Source: Dehalococcoidia bacterium (GTDB lineage Bacteria; Chloroflexota; Dehalococcoidia; Lucifugimonadales; UBA2985). From it: DNA of 64,000 nucleotides. The notes below the pieces were generated by a model. The model searched no databases. It had not been told where the DNA came from and saw nothing but the letters and a program-made list of their open reading frames with translations. The position numbers and the translations under genes are program-made. Of the stretch, positions 37,605-46,238 are shown one piece after another; positions within the stretch are counted from its first letter, which is position 1, and each line of letters begins with the position of its first letter. Location: the NCBI GenBank assembly GCA_034421435.1, contig DAOUKJ010000069.1, forward strand, positions 22,013-86,012. Direction: 5' to 3'.

Positions 37605-38186
37605 ATACCAAGGGAGTACAGGACCAACCAGCGTATCAGAGTGCCTGAGGTGCTTGTCGTCGACGAGCAGGGCGAGCAGCTTGGCACTATGCCCACGCTC
37701 CAGGCCATTCAGCTTGCACAGGAGAGAGGCCTGGACCTGGTGGAGGTAGCCCCTGCGGCCCAACCGCCCGTGTGCCGCCTTCTCGACTATGGGAAGTTCC
37801 GCTACATCCAGACCAAGAAGGAGCGCGAGGGCCGCAAGACACAGAAGGTGAACCTGCTGCGCGAGGTCCGGTTCCGGCCCCGCATCGGTGAGCACGACAT
37901 GGCGGCCAAGCGCCGGATAGTCAAGAAGCTGCTCGACGAAGGCTCCAAGGTCAAGCTGACCGTCATGTTCAGAGGCAGAGAGATTACGCATCAAGACTTG
38001 GGAGTCGAGCTCCTGCGAAGGACGGCAGAGGCCTTCAAGGATGAGGCCAAGCTGGAGAAGGCTCCCACCATGGAGGGGCGCAGGTTGAGCATAGTGATAG
38101 CTCCGCTCGGCCAGCAGCGCGCCAAGGTCGAGAAGGAACAGGACGCCAAGGACAGGAGAGAACAGGAGGCGGTGGCGAATGCCTAA
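37605..38186 (+). CDS. infC: Translation initiation factor IF-3, probable non-canonical AUA start
   Basis: …[13 protein letters not shown]…, …[14 protein letters not shown]…, …[13 protein letters not shown]…. The conserved N-terminal …[10 protein letters not shown]… extends upstream of the ORF-track GTG (37641). The only start-like in-frame codon after the promoter is ATA 37605, behind a G-rich SD. Confidence 0.8.
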   Translation: MPREYRTNQRIRVPEVLVVDEQGEQLGTMPTLQAIQLAQERGLDLVEVAPAAQPPVCRLLDYGKFRYIQTKKEREGRKTQKVNLLREVRFRPRIGEHDMAAKRRIVKKLLDEGSKVKLTVMFRGREITHQDLGVELLRRTAEAFKDEAKLEKAPTMEGRRLSIVIAPLGQQRAKVEKEQDAKDRREQEAVANA

Positions 38187-38376
38187 GCTGAAGACGCACA
38201 AGGGGGCGAAGGCCAGGTTCCACGTGACGGGCACCGGCAAGGTGTTGCGCATGAAGGGCCACCGAAGCCACCTGCGCCGGAAGAAGCCCGCCAGGGTGCA
38301 CCGGCTGTATCACAAGAAGCACGAGGTCAGCTCCTCGGATCTGAACAGGATCCACAAGGTGCTGCCGTACCTGTAG
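38179..38376 (+). CDS. rpmI: 50S ribosomal protein L35
   Basis: [27 protein letters not shown]…; overlaps the infC stop by 8 nt. Confidence 0.9.
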   Translation: MPKLKTHKGAKARFHVTGTGKVLRMKGHRSHLRRKKPARVHRLYHKKHEVSSSDLNRIHKVLPYL

Positions 38377-38394
38377 ACCGCACGGAGACTAATC

Positions 38395-38769
38395 GTGGCC
38401 AGAATCAAGCGCGGCGTGGCCGCAAGGCAACGGCACAAGAAGCTGCTCAAGATGACCAAGGGCCATCGCGGCGGCCGTCACAACCTCTACCGGCAGGCCA
38501 AGGAGTCGATGCTGAGCGCGCTCAGCCACGCCTACAACCATCGCCGGGAGCGCAAGGGCGACATGCGGCGCCTGTGGATCACACGCATCAACGCCGCGGC
38601 TCGCGAGCACGGGCTGTCCTACAGCCGGCTGGTCTACGGACTGGGCCTGGCTCAGGTGGCGGTCGACCGCAAGATGCTGGCCGACCTCGCGGTAAGGGAT
38701 CCCGCCGCCTTCGCGCAGCTCGCAGCCATGGCCAAAGAGGCCGCGGCTCCGGCGGTTGCCTCCGCCTGA
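38395..38769 (+). CDS. rplT: 50S ribosomal protein L20
   Basis: MARIKRGVAARQRHKKLLKMTKGHRG…RINAAAREHGLSYSRLV…. Confidence 0.95.
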   Translation: MARIKRGVAARQRHKKLLKMTKGHRGGRHNLYRQAKESMLSALSHAYNHRRERKGDMRRLWITRINAAAREHGLSYSRLVYGLGLAQVAVDRKMLADLAVRDPAAFAQLAAMAKEAAAPAVASA

Positions 38770-39007
38770 CGCAGACCCGTTTCACTGCGGCGCAAGGCAG
38801 CCTTCAGCACACCACCTTCGCCGATAGACCGCGTTTCTTGCTACCCATCTAATTCATCCGAGGGCGTTCAACTTGTGCCACGCTCATATGCCCGGAGTGG
38901 TTGGAAGCGCGAGACGAGTCCGCCGCGGCCAGGGGCCTTCTATTGTCCAAGGCAACTGACTCGGGGTATTGCTTTGAAGGCAAGCAGTTCAGTATTTAGC
39001 CCGCGTA

Positions 39008-39206
39008 CCCGCTCACGCTGAGCCTGTCGAAGCGCGAGCGGGGGCAACTACCCCCTCTCTGACTCTCCCCCTCGGAAGGGGGAGGGAAATCCCTTCCCCG
39101 GTCTACGGGGGAAGGTCAGGATGGGGGCATCCCCTGCGCTCACCGCTCAATGGGTTCGACATGCTCCCCCCCCCCCCATCGGCGTGCGGGGCGGGCTATG
39201 AGCTGG
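39008..39206. repeat. Mixed repeat cluster: REP-like unit, family-2 units, degenerate composite REP unit carrying a C12 tract
   Basis: 39008..39042 is cccgctcacgctgagcctgtcgaagcgcgagcggg. 39091..39127 is cccttccccggtctacgggggaaggtcaggatggggg. About 39137..39206 is homologous to 12976..13037 but has 12 consecutive C (39166..39177). Confidence 0.75.
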
Positions 39207-39297
39207 AAGATCGGCTCGCCGGCTATAGTCTAAAGTACCTGCGCCGCCGTCGCACACAGGTTGAGCGCGTCCTCGTGATGCCTTAAGCTGAGACCAG

Positions 39298-40560
39298 GTG
39301 ATGCCCATGCGAGTAGCCAGGCCAGCGCTCCGCTACGTCATGTTTGCGCTTGTTGCGCTGCTGCTGCTCACGAGCAGGGGCTCACTGAACCTGTCGCCCG
39401 TTGGCGAGCTGGCCGCGCCCCATAGCTACTCCCTGGTTCAGTGGGAGCTTGCCACCTTTCCGGAGAAGTGGCTGTACAGGCTCGGACTGGCTCTTCCCGG
39501 CAATGCGCTAGACAGGCATGGCGAAGAGGAACTTGTTTGGGAGTTCTTCGAGCTGGCAGACCAGCGGCGCAGCCTTGAAGCGGCGATCACGGATGCAAGC
39601 GCAGGCGCCGGGACTGGCAGCCTCGAATCTCTGCAGGCAGAGCTGGCGACGGTGGAGGCTGACCAGGCTGCCATTCGCAACAGGGCGGAGGAAATCATGG
39701 AGGGGGAGATCGATTCGATTGTGTTCCGGGAGGGGCTGCACGTGGGTGGGCCGCTCAGCGCGATCGGGGTGCACTTCCCGCCCGTAGACTTCCGGATTCA
39801 GGCATCACCGCCCGTGACCGTGGTCTCTCCGCGCGACCGTATCGAGAGGCTTGAGGACGTGCTGCTCAGGCCCGAGACTCCAATCGAGGAGAGGGAAGCG
39901 TTGGAGCAGGCGATTCTCGATGAGCGCAATCTGTCCGCGCTGGTGCAACCCACAGGAGGGGTGGCCACCGTCCCCGCGGTGATCTCGCCAAACTTCTCCT
40001 TGCACGGCACGCTGGTGACCGCAGCCCACGAGTGGATGCACCACTACCTCTTCTTCCATCCGCTAGGCCAGGGCTACGGCAGGACCGACGAGCTCACGAC
40101 TCTCAACGAGACCGTCGCCAACATCGTCGGCGATGAGGTTGGCAACCTCGCGTACGAGCGGTTCAGGCCGCCGCAGGAGATCTCGCCTCCCACACCTGAG
40201 AATACCCCGCCTCCCCCTGAGGAGGAGCCGTTCGATTATCGAGCGGAGATGCGCGCCACCCGGCTGAGGACGGAGGAGCTGCTTGCGGAAGGTCGGATCG
40301 ACGAGGCGGAGCGCTACATGGAGGAGCGCAGGCTGTTCCTGGCCGATAACGGCTACCACATCCGCAAGCTCAACCAGGCGTACTTCGCGTTCCACGGTAG
40401 CTACGCCGACAGCGCGGCGTCGGTAAGCCCGATTGACGGGCAGCTCAAGGCGCTGCGGGAAGCAAGCGACTCGCTCGGCGATTTCGTGCGGACGGTGGCG
40501 GTCGTCTCAAGCTACGACGAGTTCCTGCAACTGCTGGCGGAGCTTGGCATAGAGAACTGA
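39298..40560 (+). CDS. Membrane-anchored hypothetical protein with HExxH motif (putative zinc peptidase)
   Basis: 420 aa. N-terminal TM (…VMFALVALLLLT…) and a single …TAAHEWMHHYLFF… motif. Family not recognised. Confidence 0.5.
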   Translation: MMPMRVARPALRYVMFALVALLLLTSRGSLNLSPVGELAAPHSYSLVQWELATFPEKWLYRLGLALPGNALDRHGEEELVWEFFELADQRRSLEAAITDASAGAGTGSLESLQAELATVEADQAAIRNRAEEIMEGEIDSIVFREGLHVGGPLSAIGVHFPPVDFRIQASPPVTVVSPRDRIERLEDVLLRPETPIEEREALEQAILDERNLSALVQPTGGVATVPAVISPNFSLHGTLVTAAHEWMHHYLFFHPLGQGYGRTDELTTLNETVANIVGDEVGNLAYERFRPPQEISPPTPENTPPPPEEEPFDYRAEMRATRLRTEELLAEGRIDEAERYMEERRLFLADNGYHIRKLNQAYFAFHGSYADSAASVSPIDGQLKALREASDSLGDFVRTVAVVSSYDEFLQLLAELGIEN

Positions 40561-40610
40561 GGCGGTCGGTCGCCGGGCGTAACAGGCGGCAGGCCCCGCA
40601 GACCACAGCC

Positions 40611-41414
40611 CTAGCCGGAGCCGTCGCGCTTGTCCCCGGTCTCCTCCGCGGCGGGAGCAGCGCTCCCAGGCTCACGCGGCACCGGCTGGAGGTCGCCGTA
40701 CCGGCCCCTGGCAGAGTTCCACCTCACGGATAGCAGGTCTCTCAGCATCAGGAAGCTGTCCCTGACAGGCTTTACCTTGCTGCCCTCCATGAAGTACCAG
40801 TCTATCGGCACCTCCCGGATGCGCATGCCCATCCTGCGCGCTAGGAAGAGCACCTCCACGTCGAAGCCGAAGCCAAGGGCGCGCTGGAGCGGAAAGAGGG
40901 CCTCGGCTGCTCCGGCAGCAAAGCACTTGAAGCCGCATTGCGTGTCGGAGAGACCTGGCACGGCGAGCAGCCTCACCATGCCGTTGTAGGCGCGGCCCAT
41001 CGCGTGCCGCGATGCCGGCTCGCCGATGCGCCGGGCGCCGGGCGCCTCGCGTGAGCCTATCGCCACCTCGAAGTTAACCATCTGCGGCGGCAGGAACCGC
41101 TCCACCTGCTCAATGGGCATCGACAGGTCGGCATCGGCCAGGAAGCGGAACTCGCCGCGGGCCTCCAGCATGCCAGTCCGTACCGCTGAGCCCTTGCCTC
41201 CGTGGGCCAGCCTCACAAGCCGTATCTCGCCGTGCTCGCGGGCGGCCGCTTCCACCAAAGCCGCTGTGCCGTCTACGCTGCCGTCGTCCGCGACTACCAC
41301 CTCCCACGAGTAGTCCTGCGAACCCGCGTAGGCGGCGACGGTGTCCAGGGTCTGGGCAATCCGTGCCTCCTCGTTGTACGCAGGAATCACGATGGAGAGG
41401 AAGGGCTGCGCCAA
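40611..41414 (-). CDS. Family-2 glycosyltransferase (polyprenol-phosphate glycosyltransferase-like)
   Basis: …LSIVIPAYNEE…, …VVVADDGSVDGT…, …LADADLSMP…, …QCGFKCF…. Confidence 0.8.
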   Translation of the reverse strand: MAQPFLSIVIPAYNEEARIAQTLDTVAAYAGSQDYSWEVVVADDGSVDGTAALVEAAAREHGEIRLVRLAHGGKGSAVRTGMLEARGEFRFLADADLSMPIEQVERFLPPQMVNFEVAIGSREAPGARRIGEPASRHAMGRAYNGMVRLLAVPGLSDTQCGFKCFAAGAAEALFPLQRALGFGFDVEVLFLARRMGMRIREVPIDWYFMEGSKVKPVRDSFLMLRDLLSVRWNSARGRYGDLQPVPREPGSAAPAAEETGDKRDGSG

Positions 41415-41430
41415 GGAACCAGCTCCCTGC

Positions 41431-41916
41431 TCAGTCCACCTGGTCCAGGCGGAAGGCCGCGTGCAGGGCGCGGACTGCGTCCTCCACCCTGTCTTCGGCC
41501 ACGATGCAGGTGATGCGTATCTCCGAGGTGGTGATCATCTCGATGTTCACGTCGGCCTCGTACAGGGCGCGAAACATGCGCGCCGCGTATCCGGGGTTGT
41601 GCTGCATGCCCGTGCCCACGATGCTGACGTTGCCCAGGTTGGCGTCGCTGACGCAGCCGCGGGCGCCCATGCCCTCGGCCACGGGCTGCACAATCTCCAT
41701 TGAGGCCGCCAGGTCGGCGCGTGCGACCGTGAAGGTGAGGTCGGTTATGCGCTCCACGCTCGCGTTCTGGACGATGGTGTCCACGCTGATGCCCTTCTCC
41801 GCCAGCGGCTCGAACAGTGAGGCCGAGATGCCTGGACGGTCGGGCACCCCCAGCACGGTGATCTTGGCCACGTTCTTGTTGTGGGCTATGCCGCTAACCC
41901 GGTTACGCGTCTCCAT
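41431..41916 (-). CDS. lysC: Aspartokinase regulatory (ACT-ACT) polypeptide, equivalent to the LysC beta subunit
   Basis: METRNRVSGIAHNKNVAKITVLGVPDRPGISASLFEPLAEKGISVDTIVQN… ATG 41916 follows GAGAGGAA. It is in the same frame as the kinase ORF upstream. Confidence 0.8.
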   Translation of the reverse strand: METRNRVSGIAHNKNVAKITVLGVPDRPGISASLFEPLAEKGISVDTIVQNASVERITDLTFTVARADLAASMEIVQPVAEGMGARGCVSDANLGNVSIVGTGMQHNPGYAARMFRALYEADVNIEMITTSEIRITCIVAEDRVEDAVRALHAAFRLDQVD

Positions 41917-41925
41917 AAGTTCCTC

Positions 41926-42651
41926 TCAGTGTATGAGTGTACCCGGCACGTCCTTGAAGCTGGACGTGACCAGGATGGGTATGTTGTACATGGCTCCAAG
42001 CTCTATCGAGCGAGGATGCATCTTGGCGCCGTAGCTCGCCAGCTCCAGCATCTCCTCGTATGTGAGGCTCTCCAGGACCCTGGCGTCCGACACCACCCTT
42101 GGGTCGGCGGTGAAGATGCCGTCCACGTCGGTGTAGATCTCGCAGACCCTCGCCTCCAGTGCCGCTGCAAGCGCCACGGCCGTGGTGTCCGACGCTCCGC
42201 GGCCAAGCGTCGTGATCTCGCTGTCCTCCGTGGCGCCCTGGAAGCCGGCCACCACCACTATCCGGTCCTCGCGCAGCTCCGCGAGGATGCGGCTGGGGTC
42301 GATGCCCACGATTCGGGCCCGCGTGTAGTCGGTGTCGGTCTGGATTCCGGCCTGGCCGCCGCTCAGCCCGATGGCGGAGTAACCCAGCGCGCGTAGGGCC
42401 ATCGTTACGAGCGTACACGACACGATCTCGCCGGTGGAGAGGAGCAGCGCAAGCTCCCGCGGGTCCGGGCTGTCGGTTACCGTGTGGGCTTGCTTGATGA
42501 GGTCGTCTGTCGTATCGCCCATCGCCGAGACCACGGCCACCACCTGGTTGCCGTCCTCCCTGGAGCGGGCGATGCGCCTGGCCGCCGACTTGATGCGGTC
42601 GGCATTCGCAAGCGAGCTTCCGCCGTACTTCTGGACAATGAGGCTGTTCAT
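41926..42651 (-). CDS. lysC: Aspartokinase catalytic domain only (241 aa), ends at in-frame TGA
   Basis: MNSLIVQKYGGSSLA…VVAVVSAMGDTTDDL…ITTLGRGASDTTAVALA…TDVDGIFTADPRVV…YGAKMHPRSIE…; stop TGA 41928..41926. Confidence 0.85.
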   Translation of the reverse strand: MNSLIVQKYGGSSLANADRIKSAARRIARSREDGNQVVAVVSAMGDTTDDLIKQAHTVTDSPDPRELALLLSTGEIVSCTLVTMALRALGYSAIGLSGGQAGIQTDTDYTRARIVGIDPSRILAELREDRIVVVAGFQGATEDSEITTLGRGASDTTAVALAAALEARVCEIYTDVDGIFTADPRVVSDARVLESLTYEEMLELASYGAKMHPRSIELGAMYNIPILVTSSFKDVPGTLIH

Positions 42652-42670
42652 GGTTCGCTCCGTATCTCCG

Positions 42671-43582
42671 TCAGTTGCAGTTCACCACGTGCGCCCCCAG
42701 GGCCGAGGGCGTCGTGATCCTGATGCTTGCCTGGAACCCCAGCTTGTCGGCTGCGTCCGCCATCTCGAAGCCGATGGTCATGAACCGGGATGCGGCCAGC
42801 GCCAGCACGCTCGATCCTCCGCCGGAAAGGAAGGCACACAGTGCGCCGGCACTCTCGGCGGCGCGGATGACGTACTTCATGGCCGGGAATATCGCTGCAC
42901 GCGCGGGCTGGTGCAGCCGGTCCTGAGTGGCCACGCGCAGGTTCTCCCCGCGACCCTGTGCGAGTGCGTTCACCAGCAGAGCCACTCTACCGATATTGTA
43001 CACGGCGTCCTCACGCGTGACCTCGTTGGAGAGCACGGCTCTTGCCTGCCTGGTGGGCATCGGCACGTCCGGCACGAGGACTATGGCTCTGATCTCTGGC
43101 GGCGTGGGCACCTCGTCCGCGATTATCGAGTCGCCGTCGCGCACCACCACGCGGCAGCCTCCGAGCAGGGCAGGGGCGACGTTGTCGGCGTGGCCCTCCA
43201 TCCGCGCTGCCAGCTGCAGGAGGCACGCCTCGTCGAGCGGGCTCTCGCAGAGTGCGTTGGCCGCCACCAGCCCGCCGACGATTGCGGCGGCGCTGCTACC
43301 CAGGCCGCGGGCCAGGGGTATGCGGTTCTCGCAGGTGACGGAGAGGTGCGGCGGCTCCTCTCCCGCCTCGCGGAAGAGGGCCTGCGCCGCGCGGTAGACC
43401 AGGTTTCCCTCCGAGTTGCTCAGGGTGTCTGCGCCCTCGCCGAGGGCGCGCACGTGAGGCGTTGTGGAAAGCTCCACGTGCACGTCGTTCCACCAGTCCA
43501 GTGCCATGCCAAGGCAGTCGAAACCGGGGCCAAGGTTAGCCGTGGTGGCGGGCACTCGCACGCTGACGCTTCGTGAACGCAT
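42671..43582 (-). CDS. thrB: Homoserine kinase
   Basis: …VRVPATTANLGPGFDCLGMAL… and GHMP motif …PLARGLGSSAAAIV…. The ATG at 43582 (MRSRSVSV…) is preferred over the ORF-track start 43618. Confidence 0.85.
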   Translation of the reverse strand: MRSRSVSVRVPATTANLGPGFDCLGMALDWWNDVHVELSTTPHVRALGEGADTLSNSEGNLVYRAAQALFREAGEEPPHLSVTCENRIPLARGLGSSAAAIVGGLVAANALCESPLDEACLLQLAARMEGHADNVAPALLGGCRVVVRDGDSIIADEVPTPPEIRAIVLVPDVPMPTRQARAVLSNEVTREDAVYNIGRVALLVNALAQGRGENLRVATQDRLHQPARAAIFPAMKYVIRAAESAGALCAFLSGGGSSVLALAASRFMTIGFEMADAADKLGFQASIRITTPSALGAHVVNCN

Positions 43583-43749
43583 AGCACGAGTATACAGGGC
43601 GAAACGGCGCGGATTCAAGGAACCGCGATCTGAGGGCGCACAGCTTACGAATCTTACATTTTGCGGCGGGTACTACCACAACCCGTCTCACTGCGTTACA
43701 ATGAACGGCGGAAGCGACTCAGGGGCACACACTGGGTGTCCCCAAGGAG

Positions 43750-44253
43750 GTGGAGATGACGACCTACAGCCGAACCGGTTCTGGCGCACTACACGCGCCG
43801 CGGGCTACCCAAAAGGCCCTTGAGCAGGAGGTCATCGACCGCTTCCTTGCGCGTGCTTCGGCGCTGGGCATGACGCCCACGCCGCTGAACATCAAGCTGC
43901 TTGGCGGAGGCTTGATGGGCCTCTGGGAGACGGCCGGCACGTATCGCGTGTCTTGGCGAGAGGCGGTGAGCGTGGGCATCCCGGGCGTCGCAAGCATCTC
44001 GATGCGCCTGCCCCGCAGCGGCGTGTTCACAAAGTACAACGCGGACAAGGTGCTGATGAGCGTGGAGGCGGAGGCCTACCGCCTGCCCTTGTCCACCCTC
44101 AACGAGATCGAGGAGACGGCGGTGCTGGCGGAGGAGGTTGATCCCATCCTGGCGGTGAGAGTGGCCGGCCGCTGGTTCGAGGTTTACCGCTGGCTCAAGC
44201 GGCCCTACGTGCTCTCGGACGACGAGGCGCGGCACATGGCCGCGATCCGGTAG
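43750..44253 (+). CDS. Hypothetical protein, 167 aa
   Basis: Good SD (AAGGAGG) and a terminator downstream. No recognisable motifs. Confidence 0.5.
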   Translation: MEMTTYSRTGSGALHAPRATQKALEQEVIDRFLARASALGMTPTPLNIKLLGGGLMGLWETAGTYRVSWREAVSVGIPGVASISMRLPRSGVFTKYNADKVLMSVEAEAYRLPLSTLNEIEETAVLAEEVDPILAVRVAGRWFEVYRWLKRPYVLSDDEARHMAAIR

Positions 44254-44279
44254 CGGAACGAAACACAGTGTGATTGATG

Positions 44280-44307
44280 GAGTGGGCTGACGCTAGTCAG
44301 CCCACTC
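44280..44307. terminator. Intrinsic terminator between convergent genes
   Basis: GAGTGGGCTGAC-gcta-GTCAGCCCACTC followed by TTGTTATGGTTGTTT. Confidence 0.65.
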
Positions 44308-44333
44308 TTGTTATGGTTGTTTCGCCGCCCCCC

Positions 44334-45530
44334 TCAACCCCCCAACCCCATCACCGTGTCCACGTCCTTGTCGCCGCGGCCGCTCAGGCACATCACCACC
44401 ACCGCGTCCGCGGGCAGCGTCGGCGCAAGGCGGCTCACGTAGTACACCGCGTGCGCAGGCTCAAGCGCCGGTATGATGCCCTCCGCCGTCGAGAGCAGGT
44501 GGAAACCCTCAAGCGCCTGCGTGTCCGTCACGGCGACGTACTCCGCCCGGCCCGTGTCCTTCAGGTAGCTGTGCTCCGGCCCGACGCCCGGGTAGTCCAG
44601 TCCCGCCGATATGCTGTGCGTCTCCCTCACCTGTCCGTGCTCGTCCTGCAGCAGATACGACATGGCGCCGTGCAGCACGCCCGGCCTGCCCGCCACGAGA
44701 GTCGCAGCGTGCTTCGCCGACTCGGTGCCCTCGCCGCCGGCCTCCACGCCCACGAGCCTCACCGACTCGTCGCCGATCATCGGGTGGAACAGGCCTATCG
44801 AGTTGCTGCCTCCGCCCACGCATGCCACGGCGTAGTCCGGCAGCCGGCCCTCCGCCTCGATCGCCTGACTGCGCGCCTCCTCGCCGATGACCGACTGGAA
44901 GTCTCGTACCATCATGGGGTAGGGATGCGGGCCCACTGCGCTTCCGAGCAGGTAGTAGGTGGTGCGCACATTCGTCACCCAGTCCCGAATGGCCTCGTTG
45001 ATGGCGTCCTTGAGCGTGCGGCTGCCCGACGTCACGCCGCGCACCTCCGCGCCAAGCAGGCGCATGCGGTACACGTTGATGGCCTGCCTGCGCATGTCCT
45101 CCTCGCCCATGTACACCAGGCACTCCAGCCCCAGCATGGCACAGGCCGTCGCGGTGGCGACGCCGTGCTGTCCGGCGCCCGTCTCGGCGATGATGCGCTG
45201 CTTGCCCATTCGCACGGCTAGCAGCGCCTGTCCGAGCGCGCTGTTGATCTTGTGCGCGCCGGTGTGCGCCAGGTCCTCGCGCTTCAGATAGATGCGAGCG
45301 CCGCCCAGCCTGCGCGACAGGTTCTCCGCGAAGTACAGCGGCGTGGGCCGGCCAACGTACGTGCTCAGATAGTGCGACAGCTGCGCCCGAAATCCCGCGT
45401 CTTCGCGAGTGGCGTGATACGCGGACACCAGCTCCTCAAGGGCGGTCATCAGCGTTTCCGGTACGTACCGGCCGCCGTGCGCGCCGTAGCGGCCCCAGGG
45501 GTCCGGCAGATTTTCGAAGCTGAGGCTCAT
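44334..45530 (-). CDS. trpB: Tryptophan synthase beta chain (TrpB1 type)
   Basis: …GGRYVPETL…, …[15 protein letters not shown]… (PLP Lys), …[10 protein letters not shown]…, …GGGSNSIG…. ATG 45530 overlaps the trpF stop (ATGA). The ORF-track start 45920 is a spurious extension through trpF. Confidence 0.9.
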   Translation of the reverse strand: MSLSFENLPDPWGRYGAHGGRYVPETLMTALEELVSAYHATREDAGFRAQLSHYLSTYVGRPTPLYFAENLSRRLGGARIYLKREDLAHTGAHKINSALGQALLAVRMGKQRIIAETGAGQHGVATATACAMLGLECLVYMGEEDMRRQAINVYRMRLLGAEVRGVTSGSRTLKDAINEAIRDWVTNVRTTYYLLGSAVGPHPYPMMVRDFQSVIGEEARSQAIEAEGRLPDYAVACVGGGSNSIGLFHPMIGDESVRLVGVEAGGEGTESAKHAATLVAGRPGVLHGAMSYLLQDEHGQVRETHSISAGLDYPGVGPEHSYLKDTGRAEYVAVTDTQALEGFHLLSTAEGIIPALEPAHAVYYVSRLAPTLPADAVVVMCLSGRGDKDVDTVMGLGG

Positions 45531-46216
45531 ACCGCGGCCTCGCCGCCGGGCGACAGCTCCCTGTCGGTGCGCTGCACCTGCTCGATGAACCGCGCGATCT
45601 TCGCCGCATCCTTCCGGCCGTCCGTCTCCACGCCGCTTGACACGTCCAGGCCCCAAGGCCTCACGCGCTGCATCGCCTCCGTGACGTTCTCCGCGCTCAG
45701 GCCGCCGGCCAGCACGAACGGGTGGCTGCGAGCCAGCTCCCGGCCCACGTCCCAGTTGAACGCCTGCCCGGTGCCGCCCAGCACTCCCTCCTTGTAGGTG
45801 TCGAGCATCAACGTGCACCCGCCGTCGCGATAGGCGGTCACTGTCTCCTGAATGTCCTTCAGCACGTCCGCCTGCGGGGCGTCGCTGCGCACGTGCACCA
45901 CCTTGACGACGGGTCGGCAAACCTGCGCGCAGTAGTCCATCGACTCATGGCCGGAAAGCTGGGCCAGGTCCATGTCGCAGTGGGTCAGCAGCCGGTTGAC
46001 CTCCTCCAGCGGCTGGTTGGCGAACACACCCACCCACTGAGGCGCGCTGCCATGCCATCGCTCGCGGAACGCACGCACCAGATCGCGTGCGTCGTCCTCG
46101 TCCAGGCGTCTCCGGCTGCGCGGCTCGAAGAGTATGCCGAGGTAGTCGGCTCCCGCCTCCGCCGCGGCCAGGGCGTCGTCCAGCTTGCTGAGGCCGCAAA
46201 TCTTGACTCTGGTCAT
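45527..46216 (-). CDS. trpF: Phosphoribosylanthranilate isomerase
   Basis: [10 protein letters not shown]…[10 protein letters not shown]…, …GGTGQAFNW…, …[10 protein letters not shown]…. Confidence 0.85.
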   Translation of the reverse strand: MTRVKICGLSKLDDALAAAEAGADYLGILFEPRSRRRLDEDDARDLVRAFRERWHGSAPQWVGVFANQPLEEVNRLLTHCDMDLAQLSGHESMDYCAQVCRPVVKVVHVRSDAPQADVLKDIQETVTAYRDGGCTLMLDTYKEGVLGGTGQAFNWDVGRELARSHPFVLAGGLSAENVTEAMQRVRPWGLDVSSGVETDGRKDAAKIARFIEQVQRTDRELSPGGEAAV

Positions 46217-46238
46217 GCCTGATCCTCGCTTTCGCCGG

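Noticed and set aside
41926-41928. The in-frame TGA in aspartokinase, considered as a second selenocysteine codon.
   Set aside because: It lies in the inter-domain linker, not at a redox Cys position. The downstream RNA forms only a weak 4-bp hairpin by hand folding, with nothing SECIS-like.
44334-45920. The 528-aa ORF-track version of trpB (N-terminal 130 Arg/Gly-rich residues). Similar upstream extensions occur for hisS (63824), proV (18570), the MBL gene (61457), the ligase fusion (60745), rph (34420) and the epimerase (28468).
   Set aside because: The extensions overlap the upstream gene or intergenic repeats and lack homology-like motifs. Internal starts with good SD and family-typical N-termini exist.
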